Shown here: piece after piece, positions 1 through 8,253 of the stretch
How the letters are laid out: each line of letters starts with the position of its first letter
Numbering within the stretch: the first letter of the stretch is position 1
NCBI GenBank assembly: GCA_018711945.1
Contig: DVHP01000086.1
Location: forward strand, 1 to 58,678
Length of the DNA: 58,678 nt
Direction of reading: 5' to 3'
From: Candidatus Ventrenecus avicola
Lineage (GTDB): Bacteria > Bacillota_I > Bacilli_A > RF39 > UBA660
Position numbers and translations under genes: made by a program
The notes under the pieces: generated by a model
What the model was told of the DNA's origin: nothing
The model's database searches: none
Seen by the model: the letters and a program-made list of their open reading frames with translations, nothing else

Positions 1-113
1 ATTTATTATAAACGAGTTTTTACATTTGTAAATTCTCTTTTTATTTAAAATCGAGTGTTTACTATTTTAATTAACAAACTTATATTAAACGAATAGATAA
101 AAATAGTATTATT

Positions 114-142
114 TTGACAAATATAGCAGATTTTGATATAAT
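114..142 (+). promoter_or_regulatory. sigma-A type promoter upstream of the first NUDIX gene
   Basis: TTGACA (114-119), 17-nt spacer, TATAAT (137-142), with a TG extended -10 at 134-135. Confidence 0.6.
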
Positions 143-240
143 CAGTGCTGTTAAAAACCCATTAGAAATGAAAAAAGAAAGTTTATCTTTTGGACAAAAT
201 ATATTAGAATATATAAGTGAACAATTAAAGGAGGATAAAG

Positions 241-663
241 ATGAGTAAAAGAGTAAGTGCAAGAGGTATCATAATTGATAAAGATGAAGTGATTGCTATG
301 TTTCGGCGAAGAATTAAAGAAGATGGTTCTGTTAAGGAATATTATGTGATTCCTGGTGGAGGTATTAATGAAGGAGAAACTTTAGAGGATAATGTAAAGA
401 GAGAATTAAAAGAAGAATTTTCTGTTGATATAGAAATTTTAGGATATTTAGGCTCAGATGAAGGAGAAGATTCTATTGCACATTTTTTTTGCTGTAAGAT
501 AATTAATGGCGTTCCTAAATTGGGCGGAGAAGAATTGGAAAGATGTTGTAAAGAAAATTATTATGAAATCAGAAAAGTAGCCATTGATGATTTAGATAAT
601 ATTGATATTTTATCAAAAGATATGATAAGAAAAGCATATAATAAAGATTATATTGAATTATAA
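241..663 (+). CDS. NUDIX hydrolase
   Basis: 140 aa. Nudix box GGGINEGETLEDNVKRELKEEFSV. AAGGAGG RBS upstream. Clear paralogue of 7787..8197. Confidence 0.9.
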   Translation: MSKRVSARGIIIDKDEVIAMFRRRIKEDGSVKEYYVIPGGGINEGETLEDNVKRELKEEFSVDIEILGYLGSDEGEDSIAHFFCCKIINGVPKLGGEELERCCKENYYEIRKVAIDDLDNIDILSKDMIRKAYNKDYIEL

Positions 664-686
664 CGTGTTTAAGGGGGGATTTTACG

Positions 687-2891
687 ATGAGTAATAATGA
701 AAGATTTAATATTGAAAAAAAATATTTGCAGAAAGTTCAGCGTCGAATTGAAGCTGAAAAAATATATCAGAATAAAGAATTTGAGGACGTACCTCAACAA
801 TACAAGGGAAGATATTCTGATGTAAAATGGGGAGACGAAGATTTAGTTGAACATTTGCAAAGCATGATTTTAAAAGCATTAAAAAAATTAAATAATTTGG
901 AAAAAAATCCATACTTTGGAAGAATTGATTTTCAAAGAACAGGTGAAAATGAAGCAGAAAAAATATATATTGGAAAAACTACTTTAACTGATGACAATAT
1001 GGTAGACGCTCTAGTCACAGACTGGCGTTCTCCAATTTGTACTTTATATTATGATCAAAGTTTGGGTAAAGTGAGTTATGATGCTCCTCAAGGAAAAATT
1101 AGTGGAACTTTAAATTTGAAAAGTCAAATCATGATAAAAGACGGTGAATTAATTAGTGTAAGAGATACAGATTTAGTAACTGATGATGAACTATTAATTC
1201 CGTATCTCTCAACAAATGCTGATTCTAGGCTAAAAAATATAGTAGCGTCAATTCAGGCTGAGCAAAATGCGATTATTCGCAGAAGCATGAAGAAAAATAT
1301 TATTGTTCAAGGTGTTGCTGGTAGTGGCAAAACAACTGTCGCTTTGCATCGAGCAGCATATTTAATATATAATGAAGATAAATATAATGCTGATAACTTT
1401 ATGATTATTGGACCCAATAAATATTTTTTAAACTACATTTCTGCATTATTGCCTGATTTGGATACAGAAAATATTAATCAATATACTTATGAGGATTTTG
1501 CTGCTGAATTTTTAGATAATAGTGTAAATATAAAAACAGATTTACCTTCTTTAAATATATCTTCTCAAAAAGCATTAAAATATAAGACAACTTTAGAATA
1601 TAAAAATTTACTAGACTTGTATATTACAGATTATATTACCTCTGTCATCAGCCAAGGTATTTATGTTGATCAATATGAAGTTATATCTTCCGAAAAAATA
1701 CAAGAATATTTTAAAAATTTAAAGGGTGCACCACTAAATATTTTTATTCAAAATTTAAAAAAAACATTGTCAAAAAGAATTAAAGATAATCATGAAAAAA
1801 TATTTGATGAAATAAAAAAACAATTTGCTGAAGACATGAAAAAGTTTTCAAAAGAAAGTGAAGAATTCAAAAAATTATCTACTAGATTAGATACAATAAA
1901 AAAAGAATTACAAAAAGGCTGTTCGACTGTAATTAAAAATTATTTTAAACCATTAACAATCAGCTCTATTAATTTATATAAAAATTTTATTTCATCTTTA
2001 ACTGAAGTTCCCGGATTAGATTCGAAAGAACTCCTAATTTTTAAAAAACAATCTTTGGAACAAATTAAAGAAAAAAAATTTTGCTTTGAAGAAATTCCAG
2101 CGGTTATGTATTTGGATATGATTTTAAACGGCAATGAACGATCAGAATTCAGAAAAATTGCTCATGTGATAATTGATGAAGCTCAAGATTTAGGTATGTT
2201 CCATTACTTTATGCTTTCTAATGTTTTTAAACAAGCAACTTTTTCTATATTTGGTGATTTAGCACAATCTATTTATCCTACTAGAGGTATAGACAGTTGG
2301 GAAGATGTAAATAAAAAAATATTTTCTTCAAATTGTGATTTGTTATTATTGAGTAAAAGCTATCGAACTACCATTGAAATTACTGAAAATGCTAATGCTA
2401 TCTTAAAGCAAATCAGGCTAGCACAAGCATTACCTGTTATTAGAAATGGAATTCCAGTTACTTATGCCAAAACTGAACCTGAGAATTATGTTGATTTCAT
2501 ATTGGACACAATTGATGATTTCAAGAAAAAATCATATCAATCCATTGGAATTATTTGCAAAAGTAGTGAAGAATGCAAAATGTTAAAAGAAATTTTAGAT
2601 GTTCATAATATTAATGTTTCTCTTATAAGCAATGAAGAAAGTGAGTACATTGGTGGCATAAGTTTATTAACAAGTGAATTATCAAAAGGATTGGAGTTTG
2701 ATGGAGTGATTGTGACAGATGCATCTGAAAAATGTTATTCATCAAATAGCCAAAATGATTTAAAACTTCTTTATGTTTCTTCAACAAGAGCATTACATGA
2801 ATTAAGAATTTTTTATTCTGATGAATTAAATTTAGCATTATCTGAAAATGTTGCTAATTTATCACAATCAAAATTAATAAGAAAACAATAA
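687..2891 (+). CDS. helD: HelD-type UvrD-like helicase (helicase IV / RNA polymerase recycling ATPase)
   Basis: 734 aa. N-terminal PYFGRIDF block, Walker A GVAGSGKTTVALHRAAYL, Walker B IIDEAQD, SKSYRTT, KGLEFDGVIV. Confidence 0.85.
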   Translation: MSNNERFNIEKKYLQKVQRRIEAEKIYQNKEFEDVPQQYKGRYSDVKWGDEDLVEHLQSMILKALKKLNNLEKNPYFGRIDFQRTGENEAEKIYIGKTTLTDDNMVDALVTDWRSPICTLYYDQSLGKVSYDAPQGKISGTLNLKSQIMIKDGELISVRDTDLVTDDELLIPYLSTNADSRLKNIVASIQAEQNAIIRRSMKKNIIVQGVAGSGKTTVALHRAAYLIYNEDKYNADNFMIIGPNKYFLNYISALLPDLDTENINQYTYEDFAAEFLDNSVNIKTDLPSLNISSQKALKYKTTLEYKNLLDLYITDYITSVISQGIYVDQYEVISSEKIQEYFKNLKGAPLNIFIQNLKKTLSKRIKDNHEKIFDEIKKQFAEDMKKFSKESEEFKKLSTRLDTIKKELQKGCSTVIKNYFKPLTISSINLYKNFISSLTEVPGLDSKELLIFKKQSLEQIKEKKFCFEEIPAVMYLDMILNGNERSEFRKIAHVIIDEAQDLGMFHYFMLSNVFKQATFSIFGDLAQSIYPTRGIDSWEDVNKKIFSSNCDLLLLSKSYRTTIEITENANAILKQIRLAQALPVIRNGIPVTYAKTEPENYVDFILDTIDDFKKKSYQSIGIICKSSEECKMLKEILDVHNINVSLISNEESEYIGGISLLTSELSKGLEFDGVIVTDASEKCYSSNSQNDLKLLYVSSTRALHELRIFYSDELNLALSENVANLSQSKLIRKQ

Positions 2892-2988
2892 TAACCCAAT
2901 AACATTCCAATTTGATCTTAAAAACAACTCATTTTTACCAAAAAATAAACTTGACTTCAACTAGTACTGTGATAAAATATGGTTAAAT

Positions 2989-3020
2989 ACGAAGTTTCTG
3001 TGAAAGGACTTCGTTTTTTT
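2989..3020 (+). terminator. Rho-independent terminator downstream of helD
   Basis: 7-bp stem ACGAAGT (2989-2995) / ACTTCGT (3008-3014) with inner TTTC/GAAA pairs, followed by a T7 run. Confidence 0.7.
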
Positions 3021-3060
3021 GTGAGGTGATGAAAAATATAGAAAAAAATATTGTTAATCA

Positions 3061-3089
3061 TTAGTTAAAATCGGTATCATTTTAACTAA
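3061..3089. repeat. perfect 11-bp inverted repeat (candidate operator or hairpin)
   Basis: TTAGTTAAAAT (3061-3071) and ATTTTAACTAA (3079-3089) around a 7-nt spacer. Followed by three GATTRA direct repeats at 3091, 3103 and 3113. Confidence 0.5.
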
Positions 3090-3114
3090 AGATTAACAAA
3101 TCGATTAAGAACGA

Positions 3115-3143
3115 TTGACAAAACCCTTATATTTCAGTATTAT
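3115..3143 (+). promoter_or_regulatory. sigma-A type promoter in front of the tRNA-like element
   Basis: TTGACA (3115-3120), 17-nt spacer, TATTAT (3138-3143). Confidence 0.55.
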
Positions 3144-3176
3144 ATGCTTGATGGTTGCATGGAACGAGTTCTTGCA

Positions 3177-3238
3177 AGGGGTAGTAGATTTTCACTCCAA
3201 AACTTTTGATGGGAGTTCGATTCTCTCCGCCCCTGCCA
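3177..3238 (+). ncRNA. tRNA-Trp(CCA)-derived tRNA-like RNA lacking a D-arm and the 5' anticodon-stem strand (non-canonical RNA or tRNA pseudogene)
   Basis: 3' part reads CTCCAAA-ACTTT-TGAT-GGGAG-TTCGATT-CTCTC-CGCCCCT-G-CCA, matching my recollection of the bacterial tRNA-Trp 3' half. 5' AGGGGTA pairs with CGCCCCT. Only 62 nt, so no cloverleaf is possible. Confidence 0.55.
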
Positions 3239-3250
3239 TATGTAAATAAT

Positions 3251-3275
3251 GTCCAGTCTAAGATTGGACTTTTTC
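3251..3275 (+). terminator. Rho-independent terminator after the tRNA-like element
   Basis: 8-bp stem GTCCAGTC / GATTGGAC (one G-T wobble), 3-nt loop, then TTTTT. Confidence 0.6.
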
Positions 3276-3304
3276 TATAAAATTGATTATAAGAGGTGAA
3301 TATT

Positions 3305-3631
3305 ATGGAAAAAACATATAATAAATTGGTTCGTGATAATATTCCTGAAATTATTGAAAAAAATGGAGGAAAGCCATTTTTTCGAGAGTTAAATGAGCAA
3401 GAATATTGGGAGTACTTATTAAAAAAAGATGAAGAAGAATTACAAGAAGTAAAGGAAGCATTTTCTAGAGAAGAGAGAAAAGAAGAACTTGCTGATAAGT
3501 TGGAATTACTAATAGCAATGGCTTCATATAACGGATTTAGTTTACAAGATATTATTAATGAAGCTAACATCAAAAAATCAAAAAATGGTGGTTTTGAAAA
3601 AAGATTACTATTAGAAAAGGTAATTGAATAA
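3305..3631 (+). CDS. MazG-like / PRA-PH-like nucleoside triphosphate pyrophosphohydrolase family protein
   Basis: N-terminal YNKLVRDNIPEII block and an all-alpha acidic EExxE-rich core. AGAGGTG RBS 6 nt before ATG 3305 (the ORF track starts at GTG 3296). Confidence 0.65.
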   Translation: MEKTYNKLVRDNIPEIIEKNGGKPFFRELNEQEYWEYLLKKDEEELQEVKEAFSREERKEELADKLELLIAMASYNGFSLQDIINEANIKKSKNGGFEKRLLLEKVIE

Positions 3632-3734
3632 TAATTTGGAAACTTATTCAACTTTTGTACTATATGTAAATAAAGTCTAAATGTAAATTTGGATTTCTTA
3701 CTTATATAGATTTATTTGAAAAGGTGTGAGATGG

Positions 3735-4103
3735 ATGATAGAAATATTAGGATATGATTGTGATGGTCGGGAGTTATATGAGTTCGATATAATAAGAGCA
3801 ATTTGGTATTCTGATACAGATTTTAGAGAAGAAACTCATGTTGATCCTAGGCAATACTGCATAGTTAAAACATCGCTTGGTATACCTTATTTAATTAGTG
3901 TTTATGATCTTCGGAATAAAGAGGCAATAAATCGTTTTGAAGGTAGAAGTTTAGATTCTGAAGTTCCAATTAAAATCATGCCAATAATAGAATCTGTTAA
4001 TTATGAAGTTGCCTTTGATTGTGATGGCATGTGTCTTTCTATTGAAACAAAATCAGAAAAAGCTCAATTAGTAAAATCTTTAACCAAAAAATTAACAAAA
4101 TAG
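3735..4103 (+). CDS. hypothetical protein
   Basis: 122-125 aa ORF. AAGGTG RBS about 8 nt before ATG 3735. No recognisable motif. Confidence 0.5.
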   Translation: MIEILGYDCDGRELYEFDIIRAIWYSDTDFREETHVDPRQYCIVKTSLGIPYLISVYDLRNKEAINRFEGRSLDSEVPIKIMPIIESVNYEVAFDCDGMCLSIETKSEKAQLVKSLTKKLTK

Positions 4104-4326
4104 TGCTTGGGAATTTATTAGAGTTTTGTTTTTTGTGAAAATTTAGATTTTTTCTTGTATAAGTTGAGAAAATCTTTAGAGGCTTTAGGGTTATCAAAAG
4201 AAAGAATAGATGAAATAATCGCTTCTGGTTATTCGGTCGAAAGCGTTTTAGATATTAAGCCAATTGGAAATACAAGAAAGTAAGGAAAAATCAAAAAGAT
4301 TTTGAATATATTATAAGAGGAGAAAA

Positions 4327-5022
4327 ATGAAGAAAAAAATTAGATTTGTTGAAGTGATATTAATTATTTTAATATTATTAGTTGTTATCATAGCGGTTTA
4401 TTTGTGTTCTGATTCTTTTCATAATCATTCTTTTTATGAGGAGAATTCTGAACAAAATAATGTTTATAATGATTCAAGTACAGAACCAGAAAATATTCAA
4501 GATGAAACGCAAGAAAATATTATTTCTATTGAAACACAACCATTTTATGGTCATGAACCTAATTTAGAGTATTTAACTGGGGCTGCTGATCTTATTGTTT
4601 CTGGAACTATTGATACATCTTCTTTTACTTATGAAGTTCAAAATACTTTTATATATACTAATATGGATATTCAAGTAACTAAAGTTTTAAAAAATAATAC
4701 TGAAAGTAATCCATCAGGTTCTTTAAATATTCAAATTATGGGTGGAAAGTTAAGTGCTAAAGATTATATTAGTTCTTTAGATGATAGTTATAAATCAAAT
4801 TATTCTTTAAGTGAAGAGGAATTAGAGAAATATAGCTTTTCTTTAGATACTTCTAATGGAAAATTAAATCTTCAAGAGGAAAATGTTGAGTATCTTTTCT
4901 TTTTGAATAACATGTATGGTAATTGGGGTCCAAATTCTAATCACTATGGTATTCGAAGAATAGAAGGTAATAAAGTATATGATTATGAAACTAATACCTA
5001 TATTGAAACAGATTTATTATAA
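4327..5022 (+). CDS. hypothetical membrane-anchored or exported protein
   Basis: 231 aa. AGAGGAG RBS. N-terminal hydrophobic anchor FVEVILIILILLVVIIAVYL, then an acidic Ser/Asn-rich segment. Confidence 0.65.
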   Translation: MKKKIRFVEVILIILILLVVIIAVYLCSDSFHNHSFYEENSEQNNVYNDSSTEPENIQDETQENIISIETQPFYGHEPNLEYLTGAADLIVSGTIDTSSFTYEVQNTFIYTNMDIQVTKVLKNNTESNPSGSLNIQIMGGKLSAKDYISSLDDSYKSNYSLSEEELEKYSFSLDTSNGKLNLQEENVEYLFFLNNMYGNWGPNSNHYGIRRIEGNKVYDYETNTYIETDLL

Positions 5023-5113
5023 ATTTATAGAATTAACTGAAATTATTTCATTTAACTTGTTGCGTTTTATGTATTTATCCAGTAGAATGAGCTTATGAAA
5101 GCGTGGTTATTTT

Positions 5114-6058
5114 ATGGACAAAATTAGTAAATTAAATCGAGAGATAAGAAATTTGGAAGAAAGAAAAAGAGTATTAGAAGAGTTATTGAAACAGACGGAA
5201 AAACAGCAGGAAGTAGATAGGAAAGAAATTGCTAAAGCTTATGAAGATTTTTATACTAATAAGACAAATACTGAGTTTGTTTTGCATGATAGACATCCTA
5301 GTGTAGAAGCTTTAGAGTTATATTTACGATATATTTCTGATCGATTTCCATTATATGATTTTGGTAAGTTAAATGTAAAAGAGCTTGCAGAAATTGTGAA
5401 GCATATTTATCAATTTAAAACAGGACAAGAGTTTGATATTGTAACTGTAGGAGCTGTAGAATATCAACGGACGGATGTTTATGGCAGTTTGAAACCTCAT
5501 TTATATTTTATGGTTGGCGATAATAAAACATTAGAACCTTTTCGAGAGTATCAGGGTATGTTTGTAAATTCTGATAAATTATTTACAACTATTGATTTAA
5601 ATGCAAAAGGTAAGAATTTAGTAAATATTGAGGTCGATCAAGACCATCGTACACCACTGGGAATAGAATGTCTTACGGGAAGTTTTTGGGATGAAAAAGG
5701 TACGATTAATTATTCTAATGATCGAAATTCTTACTATAATACACTTGATGCTAGTTTATATAAACAAATTTTTTCTAGTCATATTCGTTCTAACTGGGGC
5801 TTTTATAGTAAACAAAAAGGTATTAAAGATGTCATGAGCTTTTATTTGCATACATATGACAGTGATATTGCAAAGATTTTAATTAGTATTGTTATCTATA
5901 AAAGAAATAATCACATTAATAATTTAACACAAGAAGATTACAATCATATTTTTGAGGTGTTATATAAAGAAAAAGTAGATATTATTGGTGCTAGTGAAAG
6001 AGATATTCCACGAACATTAACTTATGTGCCAAGAGGCAAATTGGGAAAAAATATTTGA
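5114..6058 (+). CDS. hypothetical protein, coiled-coil N-terminus; member 1 of a local paralogue family
   Basis: 314 aa. Shares blocks with 14773..15663: VKELAEI.K..YQFKTGQEF, YRTPLGI.C, ILISI.IYKRNN, EDY.HIFE.LY.EKVDI. Confidence 0.75.
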   Translation: MDKISKLNREIRNLEERKRVLEELLKQTEKQQEVDRKEIAKAYEDFYTNKTNTEFVLHDRHPSVEALELYLRYISDRFPLYDFGKLNVKELAEIVKHIYQFKTGQEFDIVTVGAVEYQRTDVYGSLKPHLYFMVGDNKTLEPFREYQGMFVNSDKLFTTIDLNAKGKNLVNIEVDQDHRTPLGIECLTGSFWDEKGTINYSNDRNSYYNTLDASLYKQIFSSHIRSNWGFYSKQKGIKDVMSFYLHTYDSDIAKILISIVIYKRNNHINNLTQEDYNHIFEVLYKEKVDIIGASERDIPRTLTYVPRGKLGKNI

Positions 6059-6079
6059 TGTATCGAAGAAGAGTTTGGG

Positions 6080-7165
6080 ATGGTGAGGAGTATTACGCAT
6101 TATAAATCTTATGATAGTTTTAAAACTAAGAAAAGTTTAGAACGTAAGCAAAAAGCTAAGGATAAGTCGCTTCATAAAAGTAAAAAAATTGAAAATTATT
6201 TTATTATTTCAGAAGCTTCTTTATTTGGTGTTGTGATAGAAGTTAGATACAATGATTGCTATGTAATGTATCAAGATAAAGTTGTTTTGGCGTGTCTTTC
6301 TAAAGAAATAAATGGTGTATGTAATCAAATTTTGTTTCCTGGGGATAAAGTTGTTCTTTTCTTTCAGTCTGGGAAGTATTATATTAAAAATTTGGTAAAA
6401 AGAACTTCTATACTTACGAGGATTAAAAAAGATAGTACTAAGTTAGATGATTTAGGAACAACGAAATATATTGCTGCTAATATTGATTTAGCTGTGATAG
6501 TTGTTGCTGCGCAAGAACCACCTATGCATTCTAAGTTTATTGATAGGTATTTGCTTGTTTTACAAAATAGTAATATTCCTGTTCTTTTATGTTTTAATAA
6601 GTGTGATATGAAGACTCTAGAGGATGAAAAAGTCTTAGATATTTATCGAAAAATTGGAATTGCTGTGGTTGAAACTTCTACTGTACAAAATATTGGTATA
6701 GATGAGTTAAAGAGTTATTTGTATCATAAGCAGGCTATTTTCGTTGGAAATAGTGGAGTAGGTAAATCCTCTTTAACGAACGCAATTATGGATACTGAGG
6801 AAACTAAAACAAGTCATGTTAGTGAAAAAAGTAAAAGAGGAAGGCATACTACAACGACATCGAAGTATTATATCTGGAATGATAGTTCGTCTATTATTGA
6901 TACTCCTGGTATTCGTAGTTTAGATGTTACTTCTTTTGAACCTATAGAAATTCAAAATTATTTTTCTGAGTTTCAAGGTTATCGATGTAAATATAACGAT
7001 TGTTATCATTACAATGAGCCTTATGAGAATTGTGCGGTGAAACAGGCAGTTGTAGATGGTTCTATCAGTATGGAGCGTTTTGAAAGTTATGTAAAAATTA
7101 TGGAGGATGTATTAGATGGTAATAGCTTTGATTTAATTATTCAAGATTTACACTCTAGAAAATAA
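6080..7165 (+). CDS. rsgA: ribosome small-subunit-dependent GTPase A
   Basis: Circularly permuted GTPase motif order: NKCD, then GNSGVGKSSL, then DTPGIRS. C-terminal Zn knuckle CKYNDCYHYNEPYENC. Lys-rich N-terminal extension of about 45 aa. Confidence 0.9.
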   Translation: MVRSITHYKSYDSFKTKKSLERKQKAKDKSLHKSKKIENYFIISEASLFGVVIEVRYNDCYVMYQDKVVLACLSKEINGVCNQILFPGDKVVLFFQSGKYYIKNLVKRTSILTRIKKDSTKLDDLGTTKYIAANIDLAVIVVAAQEPPMHSKFIDRYLLVLQNSNIPVLLCFNKCDMKTLEDEKVLDIYRKIGIAVVETSTVQNIGIDELKSYLYHKQAIFVGNSGVGKSSLTNAIMDTEETKTSHVSEKSKRGRHTTTTSKYYIWNDSSSIIDTPGIRSLDVTSFEPIEIQNYFSEFQGYRCKYNDCYHYNEPYENCAVKQAVVDGSISMERFESYVKIMEDVLDGNSFDLIIQDLHSRK

Positions 7166-7166
7166 T

Positions 7167-7204
7167 AAAGATTTTTAATTAATAATGGTGAAAAATCTTT
7201 TTTG
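7167..7204 (+). terminator. AT-rich hairpin terminator after rsgA
   Basis: AAAGATTTTT (7167-7176) pairs with AAAAATCTTT (7191-7200), followed by T residues. The stem has only one G-C pair. Confidence 0.4.
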
Positions 7205-7258
7205 GTGGTTGTTTTATAAAATACTGTTATACTATTTTTAGAGAAAAAATGTAAGGAG

Positions 7259-7771
7259 ATGTTTTTAAATGGATTCTGCTTTTATTTTGTTTCGAGTTGT
7301 TTAGAAGAAAGTGGTCATAATACTAAGCCAGTGTTATTTCATTCTTTTAAAGTAGCAATGTCTTTGTATTCTTCTGGTTATTCTCGAGATATTGTTATAG
7401 CCTCTATTTTACATGATTTGCTTGAAGATACGGATGTTACGTATGATGAGTTGGTTATGCGGTATAGTACCCCTGTTGCGGATATTGTAAAAGCTGTCAC
7501 TTTTGATTCTAAAATTAACGATAAGTTAGAACAGGCAAAAGATATGTTTCAAAACTGTTTGATATTTGGTTATGAGGCTCTTATTGTTAAGTGTGCTGAT
7601 TTGTTAGATAATATTCATTATGTTTCATGTGTTGACGATAAAAAAGAGAGAACAAAACTTCTTTCGAAATATGAATTATTTTTAAATATGGCAGAAGATG
7701 CTTTAAAACATGAAACAATTTATCATAAATTAAAAGAACTTTATTTTACATATAAGCAAAATGCACAATAG
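7259..7771 (+). CDS. HD-domain protein of the RelA/SpoT hydrolase type (stand-alone; small-alarmone-hydrolase-like)
   Basis: 170 aa. ASILHDLLEDT motif and upstream His (VLFHS). No synthetase domain. Start context is anomalous (see findings). Confidence 0.7.
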   Translation: MFLNGFCFYFVSSCLEESGHNTKPVLFHSFKVAMSLYSSGYSRDIVIASILHDLLEDTDVTYDELVMRYSTPVADIVKAVTFDSKINDKLEQAKDMFQNCLIFGYEALIVKCADLLDNIHYVSCVDDKKERTKLLSKYELFLNMAEDALKHETIYHKLKELYFTYKQNAQ

Positions 7772-7786
7772 ATCGGAGTAGTATTT

Positions 7787-8197
7787 ATGAATAAACGTGT
7801 AAGTTCTAGAGCAATTATTTTTGATCATGATGAAGTATATTTAATGTTTCGAAGAAAAGTTTGTGATGATTGTTCTATTAGTGAATATTATGTGGTTCCT
7901 GGTGGAGGAGTACAAGAGGGAGAAAGTTTAGAAGAAAATTTATGGAGAGAACTTCAAGAAGAGTTATCGGTGAATGTTTCTATTCTTAAGTATCTTGGTA
8001 TGGATGAAGGAAGTAATTCTGTTGCTCATTTTTTTCTTTGTAAAATAGTATCAGGAATTCCTGAGTTAGGTGGGGAAGAATTGGATAAATGTTGTGAGAA
8101 TAACTTTTATGAAATTCGAAAAGTTAAAGTAAGTGATTTGGATAGTATTGATGTTTTAGCTAAAGATATTATTAAACGGGTCCATTTTTATTTTTAA
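7787..8197 (+). CDS. NUDIX hydrolase (paralogue of 241..663)
   Basis: 136 aa. Nudix box GGGVQEGESLEENLWRELQEELSV. Shares EYYV.PGGG, AHFF.CKI, LGGEEL..CC and FYEIRKV with the first copy. Confidence 0.9.
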   Translation: MNKRVSSRAIIFDHDEVYLMFRRKVCDDCSISEYYVVPGGGVQEGESLEENLWRELQEELSVNVSILKYLGMDEGSNSVAHFFLCKIVSGIPELGGEELDKCCENNFYEIRKVKVSDLDSIDVLAKDIIKRVHFYF

Positions 8198-8212
8198 AAT
8201 ATTTTGAATTTA

Positions 8213-8247
8213 TTAAAAAAAAAGAAAATAGCTAAAAACTATTTTCT
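8213..8247 (-). terminator. Rho-independent terminator of the nrdD-nrdG operon
   Basis: 9-bp stem AGAAAATAG / CTATTTTCT (8223-8247), followed on the minus strand by a T9-10 run (8213-8222). Confidence 0.6.
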
Positions 8248-8253
8248 TGAGAG

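Noticed and set aside
2951-2978. Promoter-like TTGACT-16-TAAAAT with extended -10 between helD and its terminator
   Set aside because: The predicted start would fall a few nt before the helD terminator hairpin, giving a transcript of about 35 nt. More likely a chance match in AT-rich DNA. Kept only as a note.
3177-3238. Alternative identities for the tRNA-like element: tmRNA 3' end, SRP RNA, tRNA-Sec, long-arm tRNA
   Set aside because: tmRNA ends in ...ACCA and needs a GGGG 5' partner about 350 nt upstream, which is absent. No SRP domain IV motifs are present. The TCA in the loop region has no proper anticodon-loop context. No AGGGGCG 5' strand exists further upstream for a longer tRNA.
3127-3651. 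174-aa minus-strand ORF spanning the tRNA-like element and the MazG-like gene
   Set aside because: It is antisense to a well-supported plus-strand CDS and to the tRNA-like sequence. Composition is low-complexity Ser/Phe/Asn-rich with no RBS. Typical shadow ORF in AT-rich DNA.
4164-4283. Short frame encoding ...LRKSLEALGLSKERIDEIIASGYSVESVLDIKPIGNTRK
   Set aside because: No ATG or RBS, about 40 codons, no recognisable family. Possibly a gene fragment, but not supportable.
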